Translations under genes and position numbers: made by a program
In this document: one piece after another, positions 31,802 through 42,600 of the stretch
Layout: each line of letters starts with the position of its first letter
Position numbering within the stretch: position 1 is the first letter of the stretch
NCBI GenBank assembly: GCA_035539855.1
Contig: DATLHO010000153.1
Span: 2,151-66,150, forward strand
Source: Candidatus Kapaibacterium sp.
GTDB lineage: Bacteria > Bacteroidota > Ignavibacteria > OLB7
Reading direction: 5' to 3'
Length of the DNA: 64,000 bases
Notes under the pieces: generated by a model
What the model was told of the DNA's origin: nothing
The model's database searches: none
What the model saw: the letters and a program-made list of their open reading frames with translations, nothing else

Positions 31802-32842
31802 CTAGTTCCCGTACGCGGGCTCCCCTTCCTTGCGCCACGCCGTGCGCTCGGAGCGCACGTGCTCCTCGGCCCTGCGCAGCGCATCGGCGCGCCAGCGTCC
31901 GAGCATCGGACGATCGGCGACGTCGGCGACGCCAGCGGCGAGGATGGCGTCCGCACCCGCAAGCGAGAACGTCTCCGGCAGCCGCTGTCGCGGAATGCGC
32001 GCGGCGCGGCCGATCTCCATGCCCCAGCGCAGGCGCTGCTTCGCAAGGTGCACCAGCCGTGGCTGCGGCTCGAGCAGGGCCCGGCCCTCCATCAGCGTCG
32101 TCAGTCGCTCCCGGCCGAGCGCGCGATTGAACACGCTCGCCGAGTCGATGAGCGTCGCCCCGGCGGTGTCGCGCGGCTCGCAGAAAGCGACGACGCGGGC
32201 AGGATCGCCGCCGTGCACCATGATCAGTGCGCCCGGGTGCACCATCGAGTACATCGTCTTGATGGCCTCCCGCGCCATGCGCAGGCAGCCGTGCGACGAC
32301 GGGCGCACACCGAGGTATCCGTAGTATCCGCTGCCGTCGAGTCCGTGGAAGCCGACGCCGCCCTGCACGCCGATCCAGTTGTGAAGGCGCGCGTTGTTGA
32401 ACTGCTTGCTCAACGCCATCGGCGTCATGTTCTGCACGGTGAAGACCCCCATCGGCGTCGACATCCCCTCGCGGATGTACGGGTTGCCGCTGGAGACGAG
32501 GAACGTCGCAGGATCCTCGCCGCGCCGGTGCACGGTGACGTTCTGCTTCGTGAGGTTCACCTCGAGGTAGACCGAGTCGGTCGTGTAGACGGTGTCGCGC
32601 AGCTTCAGGTGGCCGAGCACCATGCGCGATGGCCCGACGCCCGAGTGCATGCCGCTGGTGTCGCCGTCGCCGGGCTCCGCAGCCTCGACGACGCTTCCGT
32701 CGGCGCCGCCGGTCAGCACGACGAGCAGACCGCCGATGAAGGCGATCGAGACGATGGCGACGGTGCCGAGCATGCGATAGACGCGGTCGGTCGTCGATGG
32801 AGCCGTGGATCGTTCGCTGGAAGGAGTATCGCTCGTGCTCAT
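31802..32842 (-). CDS. L,D-transpeptidase (YkuD domain), membrane-anchored.
   Basis: The YkuD catalytic motif (HG…SHGCLRM) and an N-terminal transmembrane anchor. The start was set at the internal MSTSDT. Confidence 0.7.
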   Translation of the reverse strand: MSTSDTPSSERSTAPSTTDRVYRMLGTVAIVSIAFIGGLLVVLTGGADGSVVEAAEPGDGDTSGMHSGVGPSRMVLGHLKLRDTVYTTDSVYLEVNLTKQNVTVHRRGEDPATFLVSSGNPYIREGMSTPMGVFTVQNMTPMALSKQFNNARLHNWIGVQGGVGFHGLDGSGYYGYLGVRPSSHGCLRMAREAIKTMYSMVHPGALIMVHGGDPARVVAFCEPRDTAGATLIDSASVFNRALGRERLTTLMEGRALLEPQPRLVHLAKQRLRWGMEIGRAARIPRQRLPETFSLAGADAILAAGVADVADRPMLGRWRADALRRAEEHVRSERTAWRKEGEPAYGN

Positions 32843-33046
32843 GGGCGCTCGTCGGTGGCGCCGTGGGCTGGCGCCGGTTGCACATCGGTCGAGCGGTCGG
32901 GGCCGACCGCCGGGGTGATCATCGGGGGGAATGTCGGGTCGCGTCGGGTGCGACACAATGCCTTTGACGGGGGGAGGCTTCGGCCGCGGTAAAATACGAC
33001 GAAAGCCAGCCCCGACGCGTGCGGGACCGGCTTTCGCGATGACGGA

Positions 33047-34879
33047 TCAACCCTTGACCAGGTCGAGCTGTTTCTTGCGATCACGATGGCGCGTGTTGTG
33101 ATCGAGCACCTTCTTGCGGATGCGGATCGACTGCGGCGTGATCTCCAGGAGCTCGTCGCGATCGATGTACTCGAGGAATCCCTCGAGCGAGAGATCGCGC
33201 GGCGTGTCGAGCCGGACGAGACCTTCGGTCCCGGAGGCGCGCATGTTCGTGAGGGCCTTCTTCTTGACGACGTTGACGACGAGATCCTCGTCGCGGGCGT
33301 TCTCGCCGACGACCATGCCGGCGTAGACCGGCACGCCGGGCGCGACGAACATCGTCCCGCGCTCCTGCACTCCCTCGAGCGCGTAGCCGGTCGTCTCGCC
33401 GGTCTCCAGCGCGATGAGCACGCCGCGTCCGCGGCCGGGCATCTCGCCCTTGAGCGGCAGGTAGCCGTGGAAGATGCTGTGGAGCTGTCCGGTGCCTCGG
33501 GTCTCCGAGAGGAAGCCGCTGCGGAAGCCGATCAGGCCGCGCGAGGGAACGACGAACTCGAGGCGCGAGCTTCCGAGCGCCGAGATCATGTTCGTCATCT
33601 CGGCCGAGCGGCGGCCGAGCATCTCGATGACCGTGCCGGCGTGCTCGTCGTCGACGTCGACGACGACGTCCTCGTACGGCTCGCAGAGCACGCCGTCGAT
33701 GTCACGCAGGATCACCTCCGGACGCGACACCTGGAACTCGAAGCCTTCACGGCGCATCTGCTCGATGAGGATGGCCATCTGCAGCTCGCCACGCCCCTTC
33801 ATGATGAACGCGTCGGCGTTCTCCGTGCGCTCGAGCTGCATCGAGACGTTGTTGCGCACTTCCTTCTCGAGTCGCTCGTGAAGGTGACGGCTCGTGACGT
33901 ACTTGCCTTCCTTGCCGGCGAACGGCGAGTCGTTGACGAGGAACATCATCGAGATCGTGGGCTCCTCGACCTTCATGTGCGGCACCGCGGTCGGGTTGTC
34001 GCCGGTCGCGAGCGTCTCGCCGATGTAGAAGTGATCGGAGCCCGAGAGGGCGACGATCTCACCGGCGGCAGCGCTCTCGATCTCGATCTTCTTGAGGCCG
34101 TCGAAGCCAAAGAGCTTCATGACGCGGAAGCGCTCCTCGACGCCCTTCTCGTTGACACGGCTGACATTGTCGTTGACGTTGACCGTGCCCTCGAGAATGC
34201 GGCCGACGGCGACACGGCCGAGGTAGTCGCTCCACTCGACCGTGGTGACGACCATGCGGAAGTCCTTGTCAGGGTCACCCTCGGGCGGCGGAATCTTCTC
34301 GATGATCATGTCGAATAGCGGCGACAGATCGAGGTCCTCTCCCTCGAGACTCATCTTCGAGATGCCCTCGCGCGCCACGGTGTAGATCACCGGGAAGTCG
34401 AGCTGATCCTCGACCGCGCCGAGCGACAGGAAGAGCTCGAAGACCTCGTCGAGAACCTCGTAGGGACGGGCGTCCTTGCGGTCGATCTTGTTGATGACGA
34501 CGATCGGCTTCAGGCCGAGCTCCAGCGACTTGCGGAGCACGAACTTCGTCTGCGGCAGGGGACCCTCGGCGGCATCGACGAGCAGGAGCACGCCGTTGAC
34601 CATGATGAGCGTGCGCTCGACCTCACCGCCGAAGTCGGCGTGCCCGGGCGTGTCGACGATGTTGATGAGCGTGTCCTTCCAATGGACGGACGTGTTCTTC
34701 GCCATGATCGTGATGCCCTTCTCGCGCTCGAGATCACCGGAGTCCATCACACGCGTCGGCACGTTCTGGTTCTTGCGGAAGGTGCCGCTCTGCGACAGCA
34801 GCTTGTCGACGAGCGTGGTCTTGCCGTGGTCGACATGCGCGATGATCGCGATGTTTCTGATGCCGTCTCTTCGATTCAT
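33047..34879 (-). CDS. typA: Translational GTPase TypA/BipA.
   Basis: [14 protein letters not shown], NKxD and the EF-G-like domains, collinear with BipA. Confidence 0.9.
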   Translation of the reverse strand: MNRRDGIRNIAIIAHVDHGKTTLVDKLLSQSGTFRKNQNVPTRVMDSGDLEREKGITIMAKNTSVHWKDTLINIVDTPGHADFGGEVERTLIMVNGVLLLVDAAEGPLPQTKFVLRKSLELGLKPIVVINKIDRKDARPYEVLDEVFELFLSLGAVEDQLDFPVIYTVAREGISKMSLEGEDLDLSPLFDMIIEKIPPPEGDPDKDFRMVVTTVEWSDYLGRVAVGRILEGTVNVNDNVSRVNEKGVEERFRVMKLFGFDGLKKIEIESAAAGEIVALSGSDHFYIGETLATGDNPTAVPHMKVEEPTISMMFLVNDSPFAGKEGKYVTSRHLHERLEKEVRNNVSMQLERTENADAFIMKGRGELQMAILIEQMRREGFEFQVSRPEVILRDIDGVLCEPYEDVVVDVDDEHAGTVIEMLGRRSAEMTNMISALGSSRLEFVVPSRGLIGFRSGFLSETRGTGQLHSIFHGYLPLKGEMPGRGRGVLIALETGETTGYALEGVQERGTMFVAPGVPVYAGMVVGENARDEDLVVNVVKKKALTNMRASGTEGLVRLDTPRDLSLEGFLEYIDRDELLEITPQSIRIRKKVLDHNTRHRDRKKQLDLVKG

Positions 34880-35081
34880 GTGTGAGATCGTGAGGCTCTC
34901 CGGTCGTTCCCCGTGTGTCAGGGCGCCGTCGAGCGTGAAGTGGGATGCCCGTTGAAGGCAGCCTTCCTGAGCCTGATATGACGCATTGGGCCGAGCGCAG
35001 ATTGCCTCCGACGGGCCCCGGATGTGCGTGGCTGTGTATATTTGTCGAATTGACCTTCCATCGAAGCGTAATCCCTATCCG

Positions 35082-35894
35082 ATGCTCGCCAACTCGTATC
35101 TCATCATCTCGCCCGCCGAGCCCACGGACATCGCCAGCGCGCAGATCACGCAGCGCCAGACGATTCCGCTCGCCTGGGCCCTGTCGGTCGCAAGCTCGTC
35201 GTCGCGCCTGATCTCGACGCACGGGCATCACTACTTCGAGACCCGCACCGACGACGCGTTGAAGCTCATCGACCGCGCCCTCGCGGCCTGGAACTACAAC
35301 ACGTACTTCCGCGACACCCTCGCGCCGGTCGGCGTCTTCCGCCAGTGGCTCGCGAACTACCCGTCGGAGACGTGGCTGTACATCAACATCTCCGAGCTCA
35401 TCGGCCAGTCTCCGTCGCCGGATCGCGACATGGAGGAGCTCCGGACGATCCCCGAGAAGGTCTCGCGCGCGCTCGAGGAGATCGAGAAGAAGGACTTCAC
35501 GCTTTTCCTGCGCGAGCTGCGCCGGCTCTCCTATCCGTTCGTCACGGTGCCGATCACCGGCGATCGCCAGCGCGACATTCAGATCCTCTCCTACGAGGTG
35601 CGCGACACGAAGTCGATCGAGGCGGAGATGGCGCTGCAGATGGTCGGTGTCGACCGCGACCAGTCGCTGTTGATCGCCGCGACCGAGGCGATCCGGCTGC
35701 GCGGCAAGAACGCCGGCGATGCGACCGAGGAGTTCGACGCCGAGGAGCGCGTCGTGATCTACACCAAGGACCTCGTCGCGGCACGCAGGCTGTTCATCGA
35801 CCGCATCGGCATGTCGGTGCTCGAGGAGAGCGACGAGCGGCTGCTCGTCGAGTCGCGCGGCAACGAGTTCATGATCTCGCGCGTCAGCAGCTAG
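35082..35894 (+). CDS. Hypothetical protein, about 270 aa, soluble, with no recognisable domain.
   Basis: A long ORF on the minority strand preceded by an AT-richer leader. Codon usage appears to match the neighbouring genes; there is no homology support. Confidence 0.5.
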   Translation: MLANSYLIISPAEPTDIASAQITQRQTIPLAWALSVASSSSRLISTHGHHYFETRTDDALKLIDRALAAWNYNTYFRDTLAPVGVFRQWLANYPSETWLYINISELIGQSPSPDRDMEELRTIPEKVSRALEEIEKKDFTLFLRELRRLSYPFVTVPITGDRQRDIQILSYEVRDTKSIEAEMALQMVGVDRDQSLLIAATEAIRLRGKNAGDATEEFDAEERVVIYTKDLVAARRLFIDRIGMSVLEESDERLLVESRGNEFMISRVSS

Positions 35895-35910
35895 AGCCGG
35901 CGCCGAGCGC

Positions 35911-37494
35911 TCAGATCACGCGCTCGTACTCGTCGATGTCGAGCTTCCACACCTTGATGCCGCAGAAGCGGTCTCCCTCGGGACACGTCGGCCGCGTGCC
36001 GGCGAAGTCACGGATCGTGCACGGCGGCAGCAGCCATCGTCCGATCCTCGGATGCACCTGGCGGATCTGGCGCGCCTCGTCGAGAGAGGCGCGCCAGATC
36101 TCCTCCTGCGCGTTGTAGCACAGCCGCATCTTGTGCTTGTGGTGCAGGTTGAGCAGATCGCTCGACTCGCTGTAGCGAACGTTGACCGCGTTCGGCAGCA
36201 GGTAGTGCGCGTGCTCGGCCGGCACGCCGTGCGCGATCAGTCTGGTCACCGCCGCCCAGCTCCGCTCCATTGCCTCGCGGTACTTCGCCGCGGCGACGGG
36301 ATTTCGCTCGACGATCTCCGGCACGTAGTAGTCGGGCTCGTCGCCGACCTGCGCCGCGAGGATCGGACGCGAGGCCGGGGTCATGCGATGGCGCTGGTCC
36401 TGCGAGTCGGCGGTGTGCGACAGTCGGCGCCGGAAAGTATAGTGCGGATGATGCATCGCGCGGGCGAGCTTCGCGTGCGTCGTCAGCGAGAGATTCTCTC
36501 CGAGGATCGGGTTGTGCGCCGGATTGAGCACGAGCTCGATCGCCTCGTCGTCGCTCATCCGGTCGCGCGTCAGCCCCACCATCTCCCTCACCGAATCGGC
36601 CATCGAGCTCTCTGCGTTGACCTTGTAGTCGACCAGACGCGAGAGCACGCCATCGAGCTCCGCATCGAACTCGCGCGCGAACGCCGGCGAGGGCGTTGCG
36701 GCGCCGTGGTACTGCTCGAAGACGCGGTACTCCGCGGTCTGCTCGATCGGCAGCGGCTCCTCGAGCACGATCGAGTAGTTCGGATCATGCTCGAGCAGTT
36801 GCCGCACCATCTCGCCGATGACGATCCGCTGCTCCAGCGGCGTGTCGAACATCTCGCCGAGTCGCCAGTAGCGCAGCAGCGTCAGCGCGGAGATCGTGTG
36901 GTACATGTACGCGAACGTGCCGATCGGCAGCACGTAGCGCGCGACCTCCTGCGAGCGCTTGGCGATGTCGCGGCGGTACTTCTCGGGGTACTTCGCGCGG
37001 TACGGAAAGCGCTCGTAGTACGCCTCGGCCGTCGTCGTCTCGAGCAGCTCGCGGAGCTCGCGGTAGAGCTCGTGCTGATACTCGATCGTCTGCTGGTAGA
37101 GCGCGAGCGCCTCGCCGGCCATCGGCGGGATAGCGACGGTGCCCGGCTTGACCGCGACGTAGCGCTGCGAGACCTGTTCGGAGTTGTAGAACGGGTGCTG
37201 GTGCAGGAACGACCAGATGAAGTGGCGCGAGACGTTGTCGAGCGTGAACTGGAACTGCGCGTGCTGGAACGTCGTGTGGTGCCCGGCGCCGTAGATGCTG
37301 CGGGCGATGTCCTTGTCGCGCGACTCACCGAAGAGCTCGAGCTGGATCGTCCCGTCGGCGACGATTCCCTTGCTCGAGTAGCACGTGCGCGCTGTGGCGA
37401 TGACGTTCTTGAAGGGAGATTCGAAGGCCTTCTCGAGTCGGACTCGAGGCGCGGCCGAAAGAAAGCGCTGGGGCTCGGAAGTCGGAAGTGACAC
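35911..37494 (-). CDS. thyX: Flavin-dependent thymidylate synthase ThyX-family protein, long (527 aa) two-lobed form.
   Basis: The N-terminal lobe has ThyX hallmarks (ARTCYSS, GHHTTFQHAQFQF, SQRY) but RHF in place of RHR. The C-terminal lobe carries a second RHR (RHRMTPASRP). Confidence 0.55.
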   Translation of the reverse strand: MSLPTSEPQRFLSAAPRVRLEKAFESPFKNVIATARTCYSSKGIVADGTIQLELFGESRDKDIARSIYGAGHHTTFQHAQFQFTLDNVSRHFIWSFLHQHPFYNSEQVSQRYVAVKPGTVAIPPMAGEALALYQQTIEYQHELYRELRELLETTTAEAYYERFPYRAKYPEKYRRDIAKRSQEVARYVLPIGTFAYMYHTISALTLLRYWRLGEMFDTPLEQRIVIGEMVRQLLEHDPNYSIVLEEPLPIEQTAEYRVFEQYHGAATPSPAFAREFDAELDGVLSRLVDYKVNAESSMADSVREMVGLTRDRMSDDEAIELVLNPAHNPILGENLSLTTHAKLARAMHHPHYTFRRRLSHTADSQDQRHRMTPASRPILAAQVGDEPDYYVPEIVERNPVAAAKYREAMERSWAAVTRLIAHGVPAEHAHYLLPNAVNVRYSESSDLLNLHHKHKMRLCYNAQEEIWRASLDEARQIRQVHPRIGRWLLPPCTIRDFAGTRPTCPEGDRFCGIKVWKLDIDEYERVI

Positions 37495-37670
37495 GCGACG
37501 ATGGTACGGTTAGGCTGCTGTTCGGCTCGGAGGTCCCGGCAATATACGCCGCTGTCCGAACGCAGCGCTGCCCTGACAGAACCACCGTTCCGCCAGGGCA
37601 GCGTTGCGAACTCTGGTCGAGCCGCCGTTCCTCGGGCCGCCGATCTCCGGCCGTCGGCCGCGGTCGTCGT

Positions 37671-37937
37671 TTACTTCCTCGGACGGGCCGTCGCGGTGTA
37701 GAGAATGCGGATCTTCTCGTCGACGCCGTCGAGACTCTTCAGGTACCGCTCGCGAAGACGCGCGGCGTCAAGGCTCTCGCAGACCTCGACATAGACACAT
37801 TCCAGAGGTCCGCCGGGCCGGGACAACATCGCCGTCGTGTTGTTGTGACGCGCAATCTTCGCCTGCAGATCCCTGGTCGCGCCGATATAGTGCTGCCCAG
37901 TGATGGCACTACGAAGAACATACACGTAAGCTGGCAT
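37671..37937 (-). CDS. Small GIY-YIG nuclease-domain protein.
   Basis: YVYVL…YIGATRDL…R…H..N matches the GIY-YIG motif. The start was set at MPAYVYV. Confidence 0.6.
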   Translation of the reverse strand: MPAYVYVLRSAITGQHYIGATRDLQAKIARHNNTTAMLSRPGGPLECVYVEVCESLDAARLRERYLKSLDGVDEKIRILYTATARPRK

Positions 37938-38370
37938 GTCCTGGTCCTCGATTATGTGGTTGATCGATCCACGGTATGCGCTTGGCGGGTGCGAGCAGGT
38001 CCGTCGATGGCCGCTACCCTTTCGCCGCCCGGCGTACCCGTGTGGAGGTACGATCCCGGGGCCAAGTAGTAGAGGCAACTGAAATGCCACGTGCTCAATG
38101 ACGGTGGCACGGCCCAAAGTCGGTCGAAAATCGCGATCCGCGGTCCATCGGGCGAGGTCGTGCCCGGTTCAAACCCCACCGGCCCATTCCAAAACGACGT
38201 GGCTATTACACTCCGTAATACGTTCGACCGCGTTGATCTGAAAGAGGCCAGTGGGACTCTGGAGAATCGCTCGTGCTGCCGGTTCGCTTGCCGCTCCGAG
38301 GCGGCGTCGCGCGACGTGGGGTATCGCCGGCGGTTGGGCTGATGCCCGGTTCGGACCGGGGTCCGAATCG

Positions 38371-38442
38371 AGCGGGAGACGGGGATCGAACCCGCGACGT
38401 CAAGCTTGGGAAGCTTGCATTCTACCGCTGAATTACTCCCGC
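38371..38442 (-). tRNA. tRNA-Gly (anticodon CCC).
   Basis: Folds by hand into a cloverleaf: acceptor stem GCGGGAG/CTCCCGC, D-arm ATTC-AGCGGTA-GAAT, anticodon arm CAAGC-TTCCCAA-GCTTG, T-arm GCGGG-TTCGATC-CCCGT, discriminator U. CCA is not encoded. Confidence 0.85.
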
Positions 38443-38614
38443 ATTCTCGGGCGGAAGACCCTCGCGGACCCCCCACTCGCGCGCCCTTCGGCGCCGGCCC
38501 CAATGTAGCACCGGCGGCGGGCAGATTGCAACGGACGCCCGAAAAAAAGGCGCCCTCGCGCGCTCCGGCGCGTATGTTGCGAGACACACTCCCATTGACC
38601 GGCACTTTCGAACG

Positions 38615-39064
38615 ATGCCCGATTCTCCAGCTCGCTCCATCGACGTCGCCGTCGCGATCCTCCGCTCGCCCGACGGGCGCGTTCTGTTGTGCCGGCGCCC
38701 CGACGACGCCCGCTACGGCGGTCGCTGGGAGTTCCCCGGCGGCAAGCTCGAGCCCGGAGAATCGCACCACGAGGCGCTGCGTCGCGAGCTGCGCGAGGAG
38801 CTTGCGATCGATGCCCCCGAGGCCGCCCTGCTGCACACGGTCGAGACGCGCTACGATGATGGAGGCGTTTTCTCGGTACGCTTCTTCGTGGTCGAATCCT
38901 GGAGCGGCGAGCCCCGTCTGCTCGCAGCCTCGGAACTGACGTGGGTCAGGCCGGAAGACCTTTCCACGTTCGATCTTCTCGAGGGCAGCCGCGACGTCTG
39001 CCGTTTGCTGATCGCGCCGTCGCCGACGCGTTCAACCGAGGCACGGGATTCGAGTCACACTTGA
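38615..39064 (+). CDS. NUDIX hydrolase (MutT-like).
   Basis: Nudix box GGKLEPGESHHEALRRELREELAI. Confidence 0.8.
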   Translation: MPDSPARSIDVAVAILRSPDGRVLLCRRPDDARYGGRWEFPGGKLEPGESHHEALRRELREELAIDAPEAALLHTVETRYDDGGVFSVRFFVVESWSGEPRLLAASELTWVRPEDLSTFDLLEGSRDVCRLLIAPSPTRSTEARDSSHT

Positions 39065-39194
39065 AGCGGGACGCAGTCTCCCCTTGCGATGAATGCCGTC
39101 GGCTCACATACTGGGCACGAACGGTGGGGATGATCGAGAGACAATGAGCTGACTGCCGGGCGCCGCTCGACGGTCACGCCGAGAGAGGGAAACC

Positions 39195-39554
39195 ATGCAG
39201 ATGCACCGACCACGCTTCACACGAATCCGAGTACTTGCCTTTATCGCTGCCGCGCTCGCCGGCGCCGCGCTGACGCTCGTCGTCGTCGAGGTGCCGCAGC
39301 AGCGCTACCTCACGGTCAACCCGTCGCTGACGCAGCGCTTCGTCCAGGTCCCGAGCGAGCAGTCGCTGATCGACCTGAGCTACCGCCTGCAGAGCGTCCA
39401 GGGCGTCACCGGCGTCAGCTTCCGAGACTATTCGACGCGCGACCGCTCGGCGCTCGTGACCGTCTTCTTCAATCCGCGCCAGACCTCGGTCCGGCAGCTC
39501 AAGATCTTCATGCTGCACACTCGCATTCTCTGGCAGCAGGAGATGAACGTCTGA
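39195..39554 (+). CDS. Small signal-anchored hypothetical protein (119 aa).
   Basis: An N-terminal transmembrane/signal segment (VLAFIAAALAGAALTLVVV). There is no homology support and the local GC is lower. Confidence 0.4.
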   Translation: MQMHRPRFTRIRVLAFIAAALAGAALTLVVVEVPQQRYLTVNPSLTQRFVQVPSEQSLIDLSYRLQSVQGVTGVSFRDYSTRDRSALVTVFFNPRQTSVRQLKIFMLHTRILWQQEMNV

Positions 39555-39579
39555 TCGTCGATCGTCGATGACGAATACG

Positions 39580-39617
39580 ACACAGGGGATCGCGGCTCAT
39601 GCCGCGATCCCCTGTGT
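39580..39617. terminator. Bidirectional hairpin between the small ORF (+) and the giant C25 gene (-).
   Basis: A perfect 17-bp inverted repeat (acacaggggatcgcggc tcat gccgcgatcccctgtgt) followed by cttt. Confidence 0.5.
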
Positions 39618-39636
39618 CTTTGAAGGGCGTCCGTGC

Positions 39637-42600
39637 CTAGCGCATGACGACGAGCTTCTCGATGACCTCCACCTTCCCGTCCGCGCTCTCGATCATCAGC
39701 CGGTAGAGGTAGACGCCGTTGGCGAGCGGATCTCGATCGTCGTCGAGCCCATCCCATTCGATGTGATTGAAGCCGAGGTGCACGTCGGCGGGTCCGAGCG
39801 GGATCGACTTGATCCTGCGACCGGCGACCGTGTAGATCGCGATCTCGCCTCCGGTCGGCTGCGAGCCGCCGGCGACACCGAAGGTGAACTCGGTCCGCTC
39901 GCGGAACGGGTTCGGATAGTTCACCGCCTCGACGATGCGCAACGCGCGCTCGACCTGGAAGCGAACGAACTCCGACTCGGTGCGGTTGCCCGAGGCATCG
40001 CGCGCCATGTAGGTGATGGTGTGCTCGCCGTTCTCGAGGCCGGGCGCCGGCGGCGTGTACACGAAGCTCGCCCGCGCGTCGCCTCCGGGGGCCGGATCGA
40101 ACTGCGCGCCGGAGTCGAGCGTGATCTCGACGAGGTCGAGGAACATGCCGATCGCGGTCGAGTCGGCGATCCGCAGCCGGGAGTTGTCGAAGAGTCGAAG
40201 CTCGAAGCGTGCCATCGGCGAGACGAAGTCGCCGTCCATGACTCTGACGCCGTCGGCATAGACGGCAAGCCGCGGACGCGTCGTATCGAAGCCCGCACGC
40301 ATCGACGCGGTGTCGGTATTGTTGTGCCGGTACGGCTCCGCCGGATCGTCGGTCGGATTGAGCTGGACGATGAACGCGTTCGACGCGCCGAATCGATCGG
40401 TGGCCAGATCGAACGCGACCTCGCGGCGCTCCATCGGCGCGATCGTCACCGGGAGCGCGTCGATCTCGCGCCACTCGCCGACCGATCGATGCCGAAGAGC
40501 GACGCCGACGCTGTCAGCGCCATACCTGCGCGAGAGGTTCACGACGGTGAGCGAAAGCCGCGCGGGATCTCCCTGCAGCACCGAGTCGCGATCGAGGTCG
40601 ATGCTGCGCGGAACGATCGCCAGCTCCGGCGACGGCTCGAAGTCGACCTCGATCGAGCGCAGTCGCGTCGTCGAGTCCTGGGCGAATCGCGTGCGCAGCT
40701 CCAGGCGTGGGTAGCGCGCGACGTCGACGAAGCCGAGATCGATGTCACCCACCGCATCGGCGCTCGCGAGCGAATCGCGCACGCCGTCGCGACGCACACC
40801 GACAATCGTGACGACAGGCCGCGCGCCGGCGTCGCCGAAACCGAGCCGCGCCGTGCGCCACGCGGTCGCCGGACCGATCGTCGGAGTCGTCATGACTCCC
40901 GGAGAAGGCCTGATGAAGAACTCCATGTCCGTCGAGACCTTCGCGTACTGAACGCCGGTGCGACGCGCGCGAGCGAGCGAGTCACCGTAGACCCATGCCT
41001 GGCTCCGGGGCATGTCGCGGCCACCGATCAGCACGTACGAGTCGTCGTTGCCGATGCTGTCGACGTCGAAGACGGCGCCGAGCGACGCAAGCGCCTCGCG
41101 CAACGCGGCGCTCTCGCGCAGTCCATCGAACGATCTGCCGTTGGTGCCGACGACGACGGGATGTCCGGCGGGAATGGTCGCGATGAAGCGAACCGCCGAG
41201 TCGATCATCGGACCGTTCTCGAAGAAGACGTAGTTGACGTAGAAGTCCGGGATGAGCTCGAGCGTCTCGGGCTCGAGCACCGCGATCTGCAGGCCCGCCC
41301 GGTTCTGATTCGACAACCGGCGCTTCGTGCCCGATCCGTCCTCGACGTAGATGTCGATCTTGGTGTCGCTGATCAGGTCGCCGTTGGCGTAGCGCGACTG
41401 TCCGACGGCCTCGGCGACGAGCCGCGCGCGGCGCGATCCGGGGCCGACGCCGTCGTCGGCGTTGACGAGGTTCTCGGTGCGACCGGCCATCTGCAGCCGC
41501 CCGCCCATCAGGAACTCGGCGCGCGCGGCCGGCTCGACCGTGAACGTCTCGATCAACGGAAAGCGCCGGGCGATCTCGATGTCGCCGGTCGTGGAAATCG
41601 CGCGCCACCAGAACCGCCGCGCTCCACGCAGCTCCGACGGGATCGAGAACGTCCACGTCGTCGTGAGGTCGTCGGTCGTCATGCTGCCGACCGTCGCGCT
41701 GGTGAACGGCGCCGCATCGAACGTCGGGACGGTATCGACGGTGAGCTCGGCCCCGCCGCCGCTCGCGGGATTGAGCAGCCGGATCACGACGTCGTCGTAG
41801 CCGGCGACACGCCCGAACGACACCGGCTCCAGCGTCAGCGGCTGGTTCCCCCGCACCGGCACGACCTGTACGATGACGTTGTCGGCGCGGTAGCTCTCGT
41901 CGACCTGCATCAGGGGATCGGCCTCGATGCGGATCGTGTAATCGCCGGGCTTCCCATCGAGCGGGAGCGTCAGCGTCACCGACTGCGATCGACCGAGCCG
42001 CTCGACGATGACCGTGTCGGTGCGCTCGGTGCGGTCGGGACCGATGATCGTCCCGACGACCGTGATCGCCGTGTCGCCGTCGCCGTCGATCGCGAGGATC
42101 GGGCGACCGTAATTGAACAGGTCGACGCGCACCGTCGCCGCGCTGTCGGTGACCGAGAGCGCTCCGCCGGTCGCGTTGGCGAGCGAGAGATTCTGGAACC
42201 CGAGCTCGCGCTTGCGACTGACCTTCAGGTCCTGCGACGGATCGCCGAGCAGCGTGTACTGCATCAGGTGATTGCGCGCGCGGAAGCCCTCGTACCCCTG
42301 ATGCCACCACGCCTCCTCAGCCCCTCCGAAGAGCGACCACTTCGCGATCGTGGTGAGCGCGCCGAGCGCGCGGACCGAGTCGTACGTGAAGTACGCGAGC
42401 GCCAGACCGACGGTCTGGTTGTTCATGCTCTGGTACGACCAGCCGGTCGAGCCGTAGGTCGCGATCGCGCCGCGCCGCGGGGCCTTCAGGAAGTCCTCGT
42501 TGCGAAGCGACGACTCGACCTCGGAGAACGCGCCGGTCTGACAACTGAACGTGCCGAGCACGAAGTATCGGCTGCCGTTGTCGATCTCCTCGGGCATTCC

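Noticed and set aside
38150-38200. A tRNA/tmRNA-like T-arm sequence (GGTTCAAACCCCACCGGCCCA) near tRNA-Gly.
   Set aside because: No cloverleaf, acceptor-stem pairing or tmRNA tag-reading frame (ANDxxxALAA) could be built on either strand. It probably resembles a tRNA T-arm by chance, or is a degraded remnant.
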